From the human T2T-CHM13v2.0 reference genome, Homo sapiens, in the NCBI RefSeq assembly GCF_009914755.1, contig NC_060939.1: a DNA stretch of 64,000 nt. One strand, written 5' to 3'. The translations under genes were made by a program, and so were the position numbers. Every line of letters begins with the position of its first letter. Position 1 is the first letter of the stretch. Positions 15,837 through 30,800 of this stretch are shown in pieces. The notes below the pieces were generated by a model. The model did no database searches, was not told where the DNA came from, and was given only the letters and a program-made list of their open reading frames with translations.

Positions 15837-18800
15837 AAAAACTACACAGCAGTACTCTGAGAAACTTCTTTGCAATGAATGCATGCAACTCTCAGAGTTG
15901 AACATATCTTTTGATTGAACAGTTTTGAAAATCTATTTTTGTAGAATCTGGAAGTGGATATATGGAGCCCTTTGCGGCCTATAGTGCAAAAGGAAACATC
16001 TTCACATAAAATCTACACAGAAGTGTTCTGAGAAATTTCTTGGTGATGTGTGCATTCATCTCACAGAGTTTAATATTTCTTTTGATTGTGCAGCTTGAAA
16101 CACTGTTTTTGTGGAATCTGCTAGTGGATACTTGGAGTGCCATGTGGCCTATTGTGGAAAACAAAATATCGTCACATAAAAACTTCACAGAAGCATTCTG
16201 AGAAACTTCTTTGTTATGTGTGTATTCAACTCACAGAGTTGAACCTGTCTTTATAGAGAGCAATTTTGAAACTGTCTTTTTGTAGAATCTGCAAGGGGAT
16301 ATATGGAACCCTTTGTGGGCTATGGTGTAAAAGGAAATATCTTCACAAAAAAACTACACAGAAGCATTGTGAGAAACTTCTCTGTGAAGGGTGTATTCAT
16401 CTCACAGACTTGAACCTTTCCTTTGATTGAGCAGTTTGGAAACTTTTTTTTGTAGAATCTGCAAGAGGATATTTGGAAAGCTTTGGGGACTATCGTGAAA
16501 AGGAAATATCTTCACATAAAAACTACACAGAAGCATTCTGAGAAGCTTGTTTGCGATGTTTGCATTCATTTCACATTGCGATGTGTGCATTCATCTGACA
16601 GAGTTGAAACTTTCTTTGTCTGAGCAGTTTGGAAACACTCTTTTTGTAGAATCTTCAAGTGGATATTTGCAGCCCTTTGTGGCTTATGGTGGAAAAGGAA
16701 ATATCTTCAGATAAACACTACACAGGGGCATTCTGAAAAACTGCTTTGTGATGTCTGCATTTATCTCACAGAGTTGAACTTTTCTTTTGATTGAACAGTT
16801 TTGAAACACTCCTTTTGTGGAATGTGAAAGTGGATAGTTGGAGGGTTTTGAGGCCTACGGTGGAAAAGGAAATATCTTCACATAAAAACTACAAAGAAGG
16901 ATTCTGAGAAACTTCTTTGTGATGTGTGCATTCAACTCACAGATTTGAACATATCTTTGGATTGAGCAGCTTTGCAACTGTCTTTTTGTGCAATCTGCAA
17001 GTGGATATTTTGAGCCCTTTGTGGCCTGTGGTGGAAAAGGAAATATCTTCAGACAAAAACTACACAGAAGCATTCTGAGAAACTTCTTTGTGATATGTAC
17101 ATTCATCTCACAGAGTAGAAACTTTCTTTTGATTGAGCAGTTATAAAATACCCTTATTGTAGAATGATCATGTGGATATTTGCAGGGCTTTGAGGCCTAC
17201 TGTGGAAAAGTTAATATCTTCACATAAAAACTACTCAGAATCATTCTGAGAAACTTCTTTGTGATGTGCAAATTCATCTGATTGACTTCAACCTTTCTTT
17301 TGTTTGGGCAGTTTAGAAATACTCTTTTTATAGAATCTGCAAGTGAATATTTGGAGGGATTTGAGGCCTATGGCGGAAAAGGAAATATCTTTACATAAAA
17401 ACTACACAAAAGCATTCTGAGAAACTTCTTTGTGATGTGTGCATTCAACTCACAGAGCTAAACCTATCTTTTGATTGATCACTTTTGAAACTCTCTTTTG
17501 TAGAATCTGCAAGTGGATATTTGGAGTGCTCTGAGGCCTATTGTGGAAAAGAAAATATCCTCACATAAAAACTACACAGAAGCATTCTGAGAAACTTCTT
17601 TGTGATGTGTGCATTCATCTCAAGGAGTTGAACATTTCTTTTGATTGTGCAGCTTGGAAACCCTGTTTTTGTAGAATCCGCAAGTGGATATTTGGAGCGC
17701 TATGTGGCCTATGATGGAAAAGGAAATATCTTCACGTAAAAACTTCACAAAAGCATTCTGAGAAACGTCTTTGTTATGTTTATATTCAACTCACATAATT
17801 GAACCTATCTTTTGATATAGCAGTTTTGAAACTCTCCTTTTGTAGAATCTGCAAGTGGATATTTGGAGCCCTTTGCAGCCTATGGTGTAAAAGGAAATAT
17901 CCTCACATAAAAACTACACAGAAGCATCCTGAGAAACTTCTTTGTGATGTGTGCATTCCTCTCACAGAGCTGAACTTTTCTTTTGATTGTGCAGTTTGGA
18001 AACACTCCTTTTGAAGAATCTGTACGTGGATATTTGGAGGGTTTTGAGTCCTATGGTGGTAAAGGAAATGTCGTCACATGAAAAATACACAGAGGCATTC
18101 TGAGAAATTTATTTGTGACGTGTGGATTCACCTCCCAGAGTTGAACCTATCATTCGATTAAGAAGTTTTGAAACTCTCTTTTTGTAGAACCTGCAAGTGG
18201 ATATTTGGAGCCATTTGTGGCCTCTGGCATAAAAGGAAATATCTTCACTTTAAAACTACACAGAAACATTCTGAGAAACTTCTTTCTGACATGTGCATTC
18301 ATCTCACAGATTTGAAATTTTCTGTTGATTCAGCAGTTTTGAGACACTTTTTTTTGTAGAATCTGCAGTTGGATATTTGGAGCGCTTTAAGGCCTATTGT
18401 GGAAAAGGAAATATCTTCACATAAAAATTATACAGAAACATTCTGAGAAACTTATATGCGACGTGTGCATTCATCTGACAGAGTTGAACCTTTCTTTAGT
18501 TTGAGCAGTTTGGAAACACTCTTTTTGTAGAATCTGCTATTTAATATTTGGAGCACTTTGAGGACTATGGAGGAAAAGGAAATACCTTTACATAAAAACT
18601 ACACAAAACTATTGTGACAAACTTCTTTGTGGTGTGCACATTCAACTCACAGGGTTGAACCTATCTTTTGGTTGACCAGTTTTGAAACTCTCTTTTTGTA
18701 GAATCTGCAAGTGGATATTAGGAAACCCTTGTGGCCTATGGTGTAAAAGGAAATATCTTCACATAAAAACTACACAGAAGCATTCTGAGAAACTTCTTTG

Positions 18801-21800
18801 AAATGTGAGCATTCATCTCACAGATTTGCACCTTTCTTTTGATTGAGCAGTTTGAAACTCTCTTTTTCTGTAATCCACCAGTGTATATATGGAGCATTTT
18901 GTGGCCTATGGTAGAAAAGGAAATATCTTCTCATAAAAAGTACACAGAAGCATTCTGAGAAACTTCTTTGTGATGTATTCATTCTACTCACAGAGTTGAA
19001 CCTATTTTCTGATTGAGCAGTTTTGAAACTATCTTTCTCAATAATCTGCAAGTGGATATTGGGAGCCCTTAGTGGCCTAATAAGGAAAAGGAAATATCTT
19101 CACATAAAAACTACACAGAAGAATTTTGAGAAACTTCTTTGTGATGTGTGCATTCATCTCAGAGTGTTGAACGTTTCTTTCGATTGAGCAGTTTGGAAAC
19201 GCTCTTTTTGCAGAATGTGCAAGTTGATATTTGTAGCGCTTTGAGGCCTCCAGTGGAAAAGGAAATATCTTCACATAAAAACTACACAGAAGCATTCTGA
19301 GAAATTTCTCTGTGATCTGTGCATTCAACTCACAGGGTTGAATCTATCTTTTGATTGAGCAGTTTTGAGTCTCTCTTTCTGTGGAATCTGCAAGTGGATA
19401 TTTTGAGCCCTTTGCGGCTTATGGTGGAAAAAGAATTATCATCACATAAAAACTACACAGAAGAATTCTGAGAAAGTTTTTGTGATGTGTGCATTCAACT
19501 CACAGCCTTGAACCTATCTTTTGATTGGGCAGTTTTGAAACTCTCTTTTTGAAGAATCTGGAATGGGTATTAGAAGGCCTTTGTGGCATATGGTGCAAAA
19601 GGCAATATCTTCACATAAAAACTACAAAGAAGCATTCTGAGAAACTTCTCTGTGATGTGTGCATTCAACTCAGAGAGTTGAAGCTACCTTTGATTGAGCA
19701 GTTTTGAATCTCTCTTTTTGTAGAATCTGCAAGTGGAAGTTTGGAGCCCTTTGCAGCCAATGGTGGAAAAGGAGATATCTTCAAATGAAAACTACACATA
19801 AATATTCTGAGAAACTTCTTGTTGTTGTGTGCATTAATCTCACACACTTGAACTTATCTTTTGATTGAGCAGTTTTGAAACCCTCTGTCTGTGGGATCTG
19901 AAAGTGGATATCTGGAGCGCTTTGGTGCCTATTGTGGAAAAGGAAATATCATCACAAAAAAACTACATGGAAACATTCCGAGAAACTTCTTTGGGATGTA
20001 TGCATTCATCTCACAGAGTTGAACCTTTCTGTAGATTGAACAGTTTTCACATTCTTTTTGTAGAATCTGCAAGTGGATATTTGTAGTGCTTTGAGGCCTA
20101 CTGTGGAAAAGAAAATATCTTCACAGAAAAATTACACAAAAGCATTCTGAGGAAGTTCTTTGCGATGTGTGCATTCATCTGACAGAGTTGAACTTTTCTT
20201 TTGTTTGAGCAGTTTGGGATCACTCTTTTTGTAGAATCTGTAAATGGATATTTGGAGCGTTTTGAAGTCTATGGTGTAAAAGTAAATATCTACACATAAA
20301 AACTACATAGAAGCATTCTGAGAAAATTCTTTGTGATGTGTGCATTCTCCTCACAGAGTTGAACCTATCTTATCATTAAGCAGTTTTGAGACACTCTTTT
20401 TGTAGAAACTGTAAGTGGATATTTGGAGCGCTTTGAGGTCTATTGAATAAAAGGAACTATCTTCATATAAAAGCTACACAGAATCATTCTGAGAAACTTC
20501 ATTGTGATGAGTGCATTCATAACACAGAGTTAAACCTATTTTTGATTCAGTAGTTTTGAATCTCTCTTTTTGTATAATCTGCAAGTAGATATTTGGAGCC
20601 CTTTTCAGCCTATGGAGGAAAAGGAAATATCTTGAAATAAAAACTACATGGAAGCATTCTGAGAATCTTCTTTGTGATGTGTGCATTCATCCCACAGTGT
20701 TGAACCTTTCTTTTGGTAGAGCAGTTTTGAAACACTGTTTTTGAAAAATCTGCAAGAGGATATTTTGAGTGCTTTGAGGCCTATTGTGGACAAGTAAATA
20801 TGTTCACATAAAAACTATAAAGAGGCATTCTGAGTAACTTCATTTGATGTGTAAATTCACCAAACAGAGATGAACCTATCTTATGATTGAGCAGTTTTGA
20901 AACACTCTCTTTGTATAATCTTCCAGTTGATACTTGAAGCGCTTTGAGGCCTATTGTGGAAAAGAAATATCTTCACATAAAAAGTGCACAGAAGCATTCT
21001 GAGAATCCTCTTTCTGCTGTGTGCATTCATCTCACAGAGTTGAACCTTTCTTTTGGTAGAGCAGTTTTGAAACACGGTTTTTGTAAAATCTGCAAGAGGA
21101 TATTTTGAGCGCTTTGATGCCTATTGTGAAAAAGTAAATATTTTCACACAAAAGCTATGAAGAGGCATTCTGAGTAACTTCTTTGTGATGTGTGCATTCA
21201 TCTCACAGAGTTGAACCTTTCTTTTGATTGAGCAGTTTTGAAACACTCTTTCTGTAGAATCTGCAACTGGATATTTTGAGCACTTTGAGGACTATAGTGG
21301 AAAAGGAAATATCTTCACATAAAAACTACACAGAAGCATTCTGTGAAACTTCTTTGTCATGTGAGCATTCAACACACAGAGTTGAACCTATCTTTTCATA
21401 GAGCAGTTTTGAATCTCTCTTTTTGTAGAATCTGCAAGAGGATATTTGGATACCTTTGCAGCCTATGGAGGAAAAGGAAATATCTTCAAATAAGTACTAC
21501 ACAGAAGGATTCTAAGAAACTTCTTTGTGATGTGTGCATTCATTTGACATAGTTGAAACTTTCTTTTGATTGAGCAGTTTTGAAACTCAGTTTTTGTAGA
21601 ATCTGCAAGTGGACATTTGGAGCCCTTTGAGGCCTACTGTGGAGAAACACATATCTTCACATAAAAACCACACAGAGGCATTCTGAGAAACTTCTTTGTG
21701 ATGTGTGCATTCATCTCACAGTGTTGAAACTTTCTTTTGATTGAGGAGTCTTGAAACACTGTTTTTGTAGACTCTCCAAGAGGATATTTGCAGCGCTTTG

Positions 21801-24800
21801 AGGCCTATTGTGGAAAAGGAAACAATTTCACATAAAAACTACTCTGAAACATTCTGAGAAACTAATTTGTGATGAGTGCATTCATCACACAGATTTGAGC
21901 TTTTCTTTTGATTGAGCAGTTTTGAAACACTCTTTTTGTAGAATCTGCAAGTGGATATTTGGATGGATTTTAGGCCTATTTTGGAAAAGGAAGTATCTTC
22001 ACATAAAAACTACACAGAAGCATTCTGAGAAACTTCTTTGTGATGTGTGAATTCAACTCACAGAGTTGAACCTATCTTTTGATTGAGCAGTTTTGAATCT
22101 CACTTTTTTTATTTTCTGCAAGTGGACATATAGATCCATTTGTGTCCTATGGTGAAAAAGGAAATATCTTCAAATAAAAACTACACAGAAACTTTCTGAG
22201 AAACTTCTTTGTGATGTGTGCATTCATCTCACAGAGTTGAACCTATCTTATTATTGAGCAGTTTCGAAACACTCCTTTTGTAGTATCTGTAAGTGGATAT
22301 TTGGAGCACTTTGAGGCCTAGTTTGGGAAAGGAAATATATTCACATAAAAACTACACAGCAGCATTCTGGGAAACTTCCTTGTGATGTGTGCATTCATCT
22401 CCCAGAGTTGAACATGTCTTTTGATTGAGCAGATCTGAAACGCTCTTTTTGTAGAATCAGCAAGTGGATATTTGGTGGTCTTTGAGGCCTATTTTGGAAA
22501 AGGAAATATCTTCACAAAAAAAAAAAAAACTACACAGAAGCATTCTGAGAAACTTCTTTTTGATGTGTGTATTCAACTCACGGTCTTGAACCTATCTTTT
22601 GATTGAGCAGTTTTAGTTCTCTCTTTTTCTAGAATCTGGAAGTGGATATTTGGAGCCTCTTGCGGTCTATGGAGGCAAAGGAAATATCTTCAAATAAAAA
22701 CTACACAGAAGAATTCTCAGAAATTTCTAGGTGATGTGTGCATTCATCTCACAGAGTTGAACCTGTCTTTTGATTGAGCAGACTTCAAACAATCTTTTTG
22801 TAGAATCAGCAGGTGGATATTTGGTGGGCTTTGAGGCTTTTTGGAAATGGAAATATGTTCACATAAAAACTACACAGAAGCATTCTGAGAAATTTCCTTT
22901 TGATGTACGTATTCACCACCCAGAGATAGAACTTTCTTTTGATTGAGCAGTATGAAGCACTCTTTTTGTAGAATCTGCAACTGGATATTTGGAGACCTTT
23001 GTGGCTTACAGTGGAAAGGGAAATACCTTAACATAAAAAGTACATGGAAGCATTCTGAGAAACTTCTTTGTGATGTGTGCATTCAACTCACAGCCTTGAA
23101 CCTATCTTTTGATTGAGCAGTTTTGGATCTCTTTTTTTCTAGAATCTGCAAGTGGATATTTGGAGCCCTTTGTGGTCCATGGAGGAAAGGAAATATCTTC
23201 AAATAAAAACTACACAGAAGCATTCTGAGAAACTTCTTGGTGATGTGTGCATTCAACTCACAGAGGTGAACGCATCTTATGATTGAGCAGTTTTGAAACA
23301 CTGTCTTTCAAGAATCTAAAAGTGGATATTTGGAGCGCTTTGAGTACTATTGAGGAAAAGGAAATATCTTCAAATGAAAACTACACAGAAGCATTCTGAG
23401 AAACTTCTTTGTGATGTGTGCATTCATCTCACAGAGTTGAACCTTTCTTTTGATGGAGGAGTTTTGAAACACTCCTTTTGTAGATTCTGCAAGTGGATAT
23501 TTGCTGCGCACTGAAGCCTATTGTGGAAAAGGCAATATCTTCACATAAAAACTACACAGAAGCATTCTGAGAAACTTCTTTTTGATGTGTGCATTCATTT
23601 CACATAGTTGAACCTTTATTTTCATTGAGCAGTTTTTAAATACAGTTTTTGTAGAATCTGCAAGTGGATATTTGGAGAGATTTGAGGTCTACTGTGTAAA
23701 AGCAATTATCTTCACATAAAAACTACACAGAAGAATTCTGAGAAAATTTTGTGATGTGTGCATTCATCTCACACAGTTGAAACATTATTTTGATTGAGCA
23801 GTTTTGAAACACTCTTTCTGTAGAATCTGCAAGTGGATATTTTGAGCATTTTGAGGCCTATAGTGGAAAAGGAAATATCTTCACATAAAAACGACACTGA
23901 ATCATTCTGAGAAACTTCGTTGTGATGTGTGCATTCATCTCACAGAGTTGAATCTATGTTATGGTTTAGCAGTTTTCAAACACTCTCTTTGTAAAATCTA
24001 CAAGTGGATCCTTGGAACGATTTGAGGCATATTGTGGAAAAGGAAATATGTTCACATAGAAACTACACAAAAGCATTCTGAGAAAGTTCTTTGTGATGTG
24101 TGCGTTCAACTCACAGAGTCTAATCTGTCTTTTGATTGAGCAGTTTTTAAATAATGTTTTTGCAGAATCTGCAAGTGGATATTTGGTAGACTTTGAGGCC
24201 TATTTTGGAAAAGGAAATATCTTCACATAAAAACTACACAGAAGCATTCTGAGAAACTTCTTTGTGATGTGAACATTCAACTCACAGAGTTGAACCTATA
24301 TTTCGATTGAGCAGTTATGGATTTCTCTTTTTCTAGGATTTGCAAGTGGATATTTTGAGTACTTTGTGGTCCATGGAGGCAAAGGAAATATCTTCAAATA
24401 AAAACTACACAGAAGCATTCTGAGGAACTTCTTTGTGATGTGTGCATTCATCTCACAGAGATGAAAATATCTTATGACTGAGCAGGTTTGAAACACTCTC
24501 TTTGCAGAATCTTCAGGTGGATATTTGGAGCCCTTTGTGGCCTATTGTGTAAAAGGAAATATCTTCACATAAAACCTACACAGAATTATTCTGAGAAACT
24601 ACTTTTTGATGCACGTATTCATCTAACAGAGTTGTACGTTTCTTTTGATTGAGCAGTTTTGAAACACTGTTTTTATAGAATCTGCAAGTGGATATTTGGA
24701 ATGCTTTGAGGCCTACTGTGGAAAAGCAAATATCTTCACGTGAAAACCACACAGAAGCATTCTGAGAAACATCTCTGTGATGTGTGCATTCATCCCACCG

Positions 24801-27800
24801 AGTTGAAAGTTTCTTTTGATTGAGAACTTTTGAAACACACTTTTTGTAGAATCTGCAAGTGGATATTTGAAGCCCTTTGCAGCCTATGGAGGAAAAGGAA
24901 ATATCCTGAAATAAATACTACACAGAAGCATTCTGAGAAACTTCTTTGTGATGTGTGCATTCATCTCATAGATTGGAACCTATCTTATGGTTCAGCAGTT
25001 TTGAAACACTCTCTTTGTAGAATCTGCAAGTGGAAACTTGGACGATTTCAACCCTGTTGTGGAAAAGGAAATATCTTCACATAAAAACTACAGAGAAGCA
25101 TTCTGAGAAACTTCTTTGTGATTTGTGCATTCATCTCACAGAGATGAATATTTCTTTTGATTGCACAGTTTTGAAACACTGTTTTTGTAGAATCTGCAAC
25201 TGGATATTTGTAGCCCTTTGAGGCCTATGTGGGAAAAGGAAGTATCCTCAGATTAGAAACTACACAGAAACATTATGAGAAACTTCTTTGTGATGTGTGC
25301 ATTCATCTCACAGAGTTGAACTTTTGTTTTGATTGAGAAGTTTTGAAACACTCTTTTTGTAGAAACTGCAAGTTGCTATTTGGAGCCCTTTGTGGCATAT
25401 GGTGAAACAGGAAATACCTTCACATAAAAACTACACAGAAGCATTCTGAGAAACTTCTCTGTGATGTTTGCATTCATCTCACGGAGTTGAACCTTTCTTT
25501 TGTTTGAGCAGTTTTGAAACACTCCTTTTGTAGAATCTGCAAGTGGATATTTGGAGCGCATTGAGGCCTATTGGAGAAAAGGAAATATCTTCACATAAAA
25601 ACTACACAGAGGCATTCTGAGAAACTTCTTTGTGATGTCTGCCTTCAACTCACAGAATTGAACCGATCTTTTGATTGAGCAGTTTTGAAACTCTCTTTTT
25701 GTAGAATCTGGAAGTGGGTATGTGGAGCCGATTTTGGCCTACGGTGGAAAAGGAAATATGTTCACATAAAAACTGCACAGAAGCATTCTGAGGAACTTCT
25801 TAATGATGTGTGCATTCATCACAAAGAGTTGAACATTTCTTATGATTGTGCAGTTTTGAAACCCTCTTTTTGTAGAATCAGCAAGTAGATATTTGGAAAG
25901 ATTTGAGGTGTGTTGTGGAAATGGAAATATCTTCACAGAAGAATTCTGAGAAACTTCTTTGTGGTGTGTGTATTCAACTCACAGTGTTGAACCTATGTTT
26001 TCATTTAGCAGTTTTGAAACTCTCTTGTCGTGGAATCTGGAAGTGAGTATTTGAAGTCGTTTGTGTCCTATGGTGGAAAAGGAAATATCTTCATATAAAA
26101 ACTACACAGAATCATTCTGAGAAACTTCTTTGTGATGTGTGCATTCTTTTCAAAAGGTTGAAAATATCTTTTAATTGAGCAGTTTTGGATCTCTCTTTTT
26201 GTAGAATCTGCAAGAGAATATTTCGAGCCCTTTGTGGCCTATGTTGTAAAAGGAAATATCAACACATAAAAACTACACAGAAGAATTCTGAGAAACTTCT
26301 TTGTGATGTGTGCATTACTCTCACAGAGTTGAACCATTCTTTTCATTGAGCAGTTTTGAAACAATCTCTTTGTAGAATCTGCAAGTGGATACTTGGAACG
26401 CTTTGAGGCCTATTGTGGAAAAGGAAATATCTTCACATAGAAACTACACAGTAGAATTCTGTGAAACTTCTTTGTGATGTGTGCATTCAACTCACAGAGT
26501 TGAACCTTTCTTTTGATTGACCAGTTTGGAAACATTCTTTTTGTAGAAACTGCAAGTGGATATGTGGAGCCTTTTGCGGCCTAAGGTGGAAAAGGAAATA
26601 TCTTCACATAAAAACTACTCAGAAGCATTCTGACAAACTATCTTGTGATATGTGCATTCATCTGACAGAGTTGAACCTTTATTTTGATTGGGCAGTTTTG
26701 AAACACTCTTTTGTAGAATCTGCAGGTGGATCTTTGGAGAGCTTTGAAACCTATTGTAAAAAAGAAAATATCTTCACATAAAAACTACACAGAAGGAGTC
26801 TGAGATACTTTTTGCGATGTGTGCATTCATTTCACCTTTCTTTTGACTATGCAGTTTGGAAATACTCTTTTAGTGTGATCTGCAAGTGGATATTTGCAGT
26901 GCTATGAGGCATATTGAGGAAAAGGAAATATCTTCCCATAAAAAATACACAGAAGCATTCTGAGAAACTTATTTGTGATGTGTGCATTCAACTCACGGAG
27001 TTGAACCTATCTTTTGATAAGCAGTTTTGAAACTCTCTTTTTTTTTGGAATCTGCAGGTGGATATTTGGAGCGCTTTGAGGCCTATGGTGTAAAAGGAAA
27101 TATCTTCCCGTAAAAACTACACAGAAGCATTCAAAGAAACTTCTTTGTGATGTGAGCATTCAACTCACAGAGTTGAACTTATCTTTTTATTGAGGAGCTT
27201 TGAAAATCTCTGTTTGTAGAATCTGCAAGTGGATATTTAGAGCCCCTTGCTGCCTGTGGTGGAAAAAGAAATATCTTCACATAAAAACTTCACAGAAGCA
27301 TTCTGAAAAAACTTCTTGGTGATGTGTGCTTTCATCTCACAGAGTTCAGCATTTCTTTTGATTGAGCTGTTTTGAAACACTATTTTTGTAGAATCTGCAA
27401 GTGGATATTTGGAGCACTTTGGGGCCTATTGTGGAAAAGGAAATATCTTCACATGAAAACAACACAGAAACATTCTGACAAATTTCTTTGTGATGTGTGC
27501 GTTCATCTCACAGAGTTGAACTTTTCTTTTGATTGAGCAGTTTTCAAACACTGTTTTTGTAGTATCTCTAAGTGGATATTTTGAGTGCATTGAGGCCTAT
27601 GGTGGAAAAGGATATATCTTCACATAAAATCTACACAGAAGCATTCTGAGAAACTTCTTTCTGATGTGTGCATTCAAATCACAGATTTGAACCTATCTTC
27701 TGATTGCACAGTTTTTAACCTCTCTTTTTGTAGAATCTGCAAGTGCATATTTGGAACCCTTTGTAGCCTCTGGTGGAAAAGGAAATAACTTCACATAAAA

Positions 27801-30800
27801 ACTACACAGAAGCATGCTGAGAAACTTCATTGTCATGTGTGGATTCATCTCAGAGAGTTGAAACTTTCTTTTCACTGAGCACTTTTGAAACAGTCTTTTT
27901 GTAGAATCTGCAAGTGGATATTTGGAGCCCCTTGAGGCCTACTGTGGAAAAGGAAATATCTTCACATAAAGCTACACAGAAGCATTCTGAAAAACTTCTT
28001 TGTGAAATGTTCCTTCAACACACTGTGCTGAACATTTCTTTTCATTGAGCAGTTTTGAAAACCACTATTTGTAGAATCTGCAAGTGGATATTTGTAGTGC
28101 TTAGAGGTCTATTGTGGAAAAGGAAATATCTTCACATAAAAACTACACTAAAGCACTCTGAGAAACTTGTTTGTGATGAGTACATTCAGCTCACAGAGTT
28201 GAACCTATCTTTTGATAGAGCAATTTTGAAACTCTCTTTTTGTAGAATCTGCAAGTGGATATTTGGAGCCCTTTGTGGCCTATGGTGGAAAAGGAAATAT
28301 CTTCACATAAAAATTACACAGAAGCATTCTGAGAAATTTCTGTGTAATATGTGCATTCATCTCACAGAGTTGTAACTTTCTTTTGATTGAGCAGTTTGGA
28401 AACACTCTTTTAGTAAAATCTACAAGCGGATACTTGGAGCACTTTGAGGCCTATTGTAGAAATGGAAATATCTTCACATAAAAACTAAACAGAAGCATTC
28501 TGAGAAACTTCTTTGAGATGTGTGCATTGAACTCAGAGTTGTACCTATCTTTTGATAGACGAGTTTTGAAACTCTCTTTATGTAGAATCTGCAAGTGAAT
28601 ATTTGGAGCCCTTTGTGGCCTATGGTGTAAAAGGAAATAACTTCACGTAAAAACTACACAGAAGCATTCTGAGAAACTTCTTTGTGTTGTGTGCATTCAT
28701 CTCAAAGAGATGAACCTTTAATTCGATTGAACAGTTTTTAAACACTCTTTTTGTAGAATCTGCAAGTGGATATTTGGAATGCTTTGGAGAGAATGGTGGA
28801 AATGGAAATATCTTCATATAAAAACTACGGAGAAGCATTCTGAGAAACGACTTTGTGATGTGTGCATTCAAATCACAGAGTTGAACCATTCTTTTGATTG
28901 TGGAGTTTTGAAACTCTCTTTTTGTGGAATCTGCAAGTAGATACTCGGAGGACTTTGTGGAGTATTGTGGAAAAGGAAATAACTTTGCATAAAAGCTACA
29001 CATATGCATTCTGGGAAACTTCCTTGTGATGTGTGCATTCAGCTCACAGAGTTGAAGCTTTCTTTTGATTGAGCAGTTTTGAAACACTATTTTTTTTTTA
29101 AATCTGCAAGTGGATATTTGGTGTGCTTCGCGGCCTATGGTGGAAAAGCAAATATCTTCACATAACAACTAGACAGAAGCATTCTGAGAATCTTCTTTGT
29201 GATGTGTGCGTTCATCTCACAAATTTGAACCTTTCTTTTGATTGAGCAGTTTTGAAATACTCTTTTCGTAGAATCTGCAAGTGCATATTTAGAGCGCTTT
29301 GAGACGTGTGGTGGAAAAGGAAATATCTTCACATAAACACTAGACAGAAGCATTCTGAGAAATGTCTTTATGATGTGTCCATTCATCTCACAGAGTTGAA
29401 ACTTTCTTTTCATTCAGCAGTTTTGAAACACTCTTTTATAGAATCTGCAAGTGGATATTTGGAGCGCTTTGGAGAGAATGGTGGAAATGGAAATATCTTC
29501 ATATAAAAACTACAGAGAAGCATTCTGAGAAACGGCTTTGTTATGTGTGCCTTCAACTCACAGAGTTGCAACTTTCTTTTCATTGAGCAGTTTTGAATCC
29601 CTCTTTTTGTAGATTCTGCAAGTGGATATTTGGAGAGCTTTGGAACCTATGGTGGAAAAGGAAATATCTTCACATAAAAACTACACAAAAGCATTCTGAG
29701 AAACTTCTTTCTGACGTCTGCATACAACTCACAGAGTTGAACCTTTCTTTTGATTGTGCAATTTTGAAACACTTCTTTTGTAGAATCTGCAAGTGGATAT
29801 TCGGAGGGCTTTGAGGAGTATAGTGGAAAAGGAAATAACTTTGGACAAAAGCTAGATAGAAGCATTCTGAGAAACTTCTTTGTGATGTGTGCATTCAACG
29901 CACAGAGTTGAAGCTTTCCTTTAATTGAGAAGTTTTGAAACACTGTTTTTGTAAAATTTGTAAGTGGATATTTGTTGCCCTTTGCGGCCTATGGTGGAAA
30001 AGCAAATATCTTCACATAAAAACTAGACAGAAGCATTATAAGAATCTTCTTTTTGATGTGTGCATTCACCTCACAGAGTTGCAACTTTTTTTATTGGGGA
30101 CGTTTGAAACACTCTTTTTGTAGAATCTGCAAGTGGGTGTTTGGAGCACTTTGCGGCCTATAGTGGAAAAGGATGTATATTCACGTAAAAACTAGACACA
30201 AGCATTCTGAAAAACTTCTTTGTGATGTGTGCCTTCATCTCAAAGAGTTCAACCTTTCTTTTGATGGAGCAGTCTTGAAACACTCTTTTTGGAGAATCTG
30301 TAAGTGGATATTTGGAGAACTTTGAGCCCTATGGTGGTAAAGGAAACATCTTCACATAAAAACTACACAGAAGCATTCTGAGATATTTCTTTGTGATGTT
30401 TGCATTCATATCACATAGATTAACCATTCTTTTGATTGAGCAGTTTTGAAACACTCTCTTTGTAGAATGTGCAAGTGGATATTTGGAACACTTTGATGAG
30501 TATGGTGGAAAAGGAAATATCTTCACATAAAAACTAGACAGAAGTACTCTGAGAAAGTTCTTTGTGATGTGCGCATTCATCTCACAGATTTGAAAATTTC
30601 TTTTGATTGAGCAGTTTTGAAACTCTCTTTTTCTAGAATCTGCCAGTGGATATTTGGAGTGCTTTGAGGCCTATGGTGGAGAAGGAAATATCATCACATA
30701 AAAACTAGAGAGAAGCATTCTGAGAAACTTCTTTGTGATGTGTGCATACATCTCATGGTGTTGAAACTTTCTATTGAATTAGCGTTTTTTAAACACTTTT

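Noticed and set aside
25930-25945. Short monomer deletions (CTTCACAGAAG here, also near 26830, 44205 and 51955)
   Set aside because: These are ordinary small, often microhomology-type deletions in old satellite with no functional signal.
28620-29168. Long ORFs in satellite (182 aa here, 176 aa at 59128-59658, and many 60-140 aa ORFs) with a repetitive C/H/K-rich look
   Set aside because: 171 bp equals 57 codons, so stop-poor frames persist across monomers. These are translated satellite with no zinc-finger spacing or gene structure.
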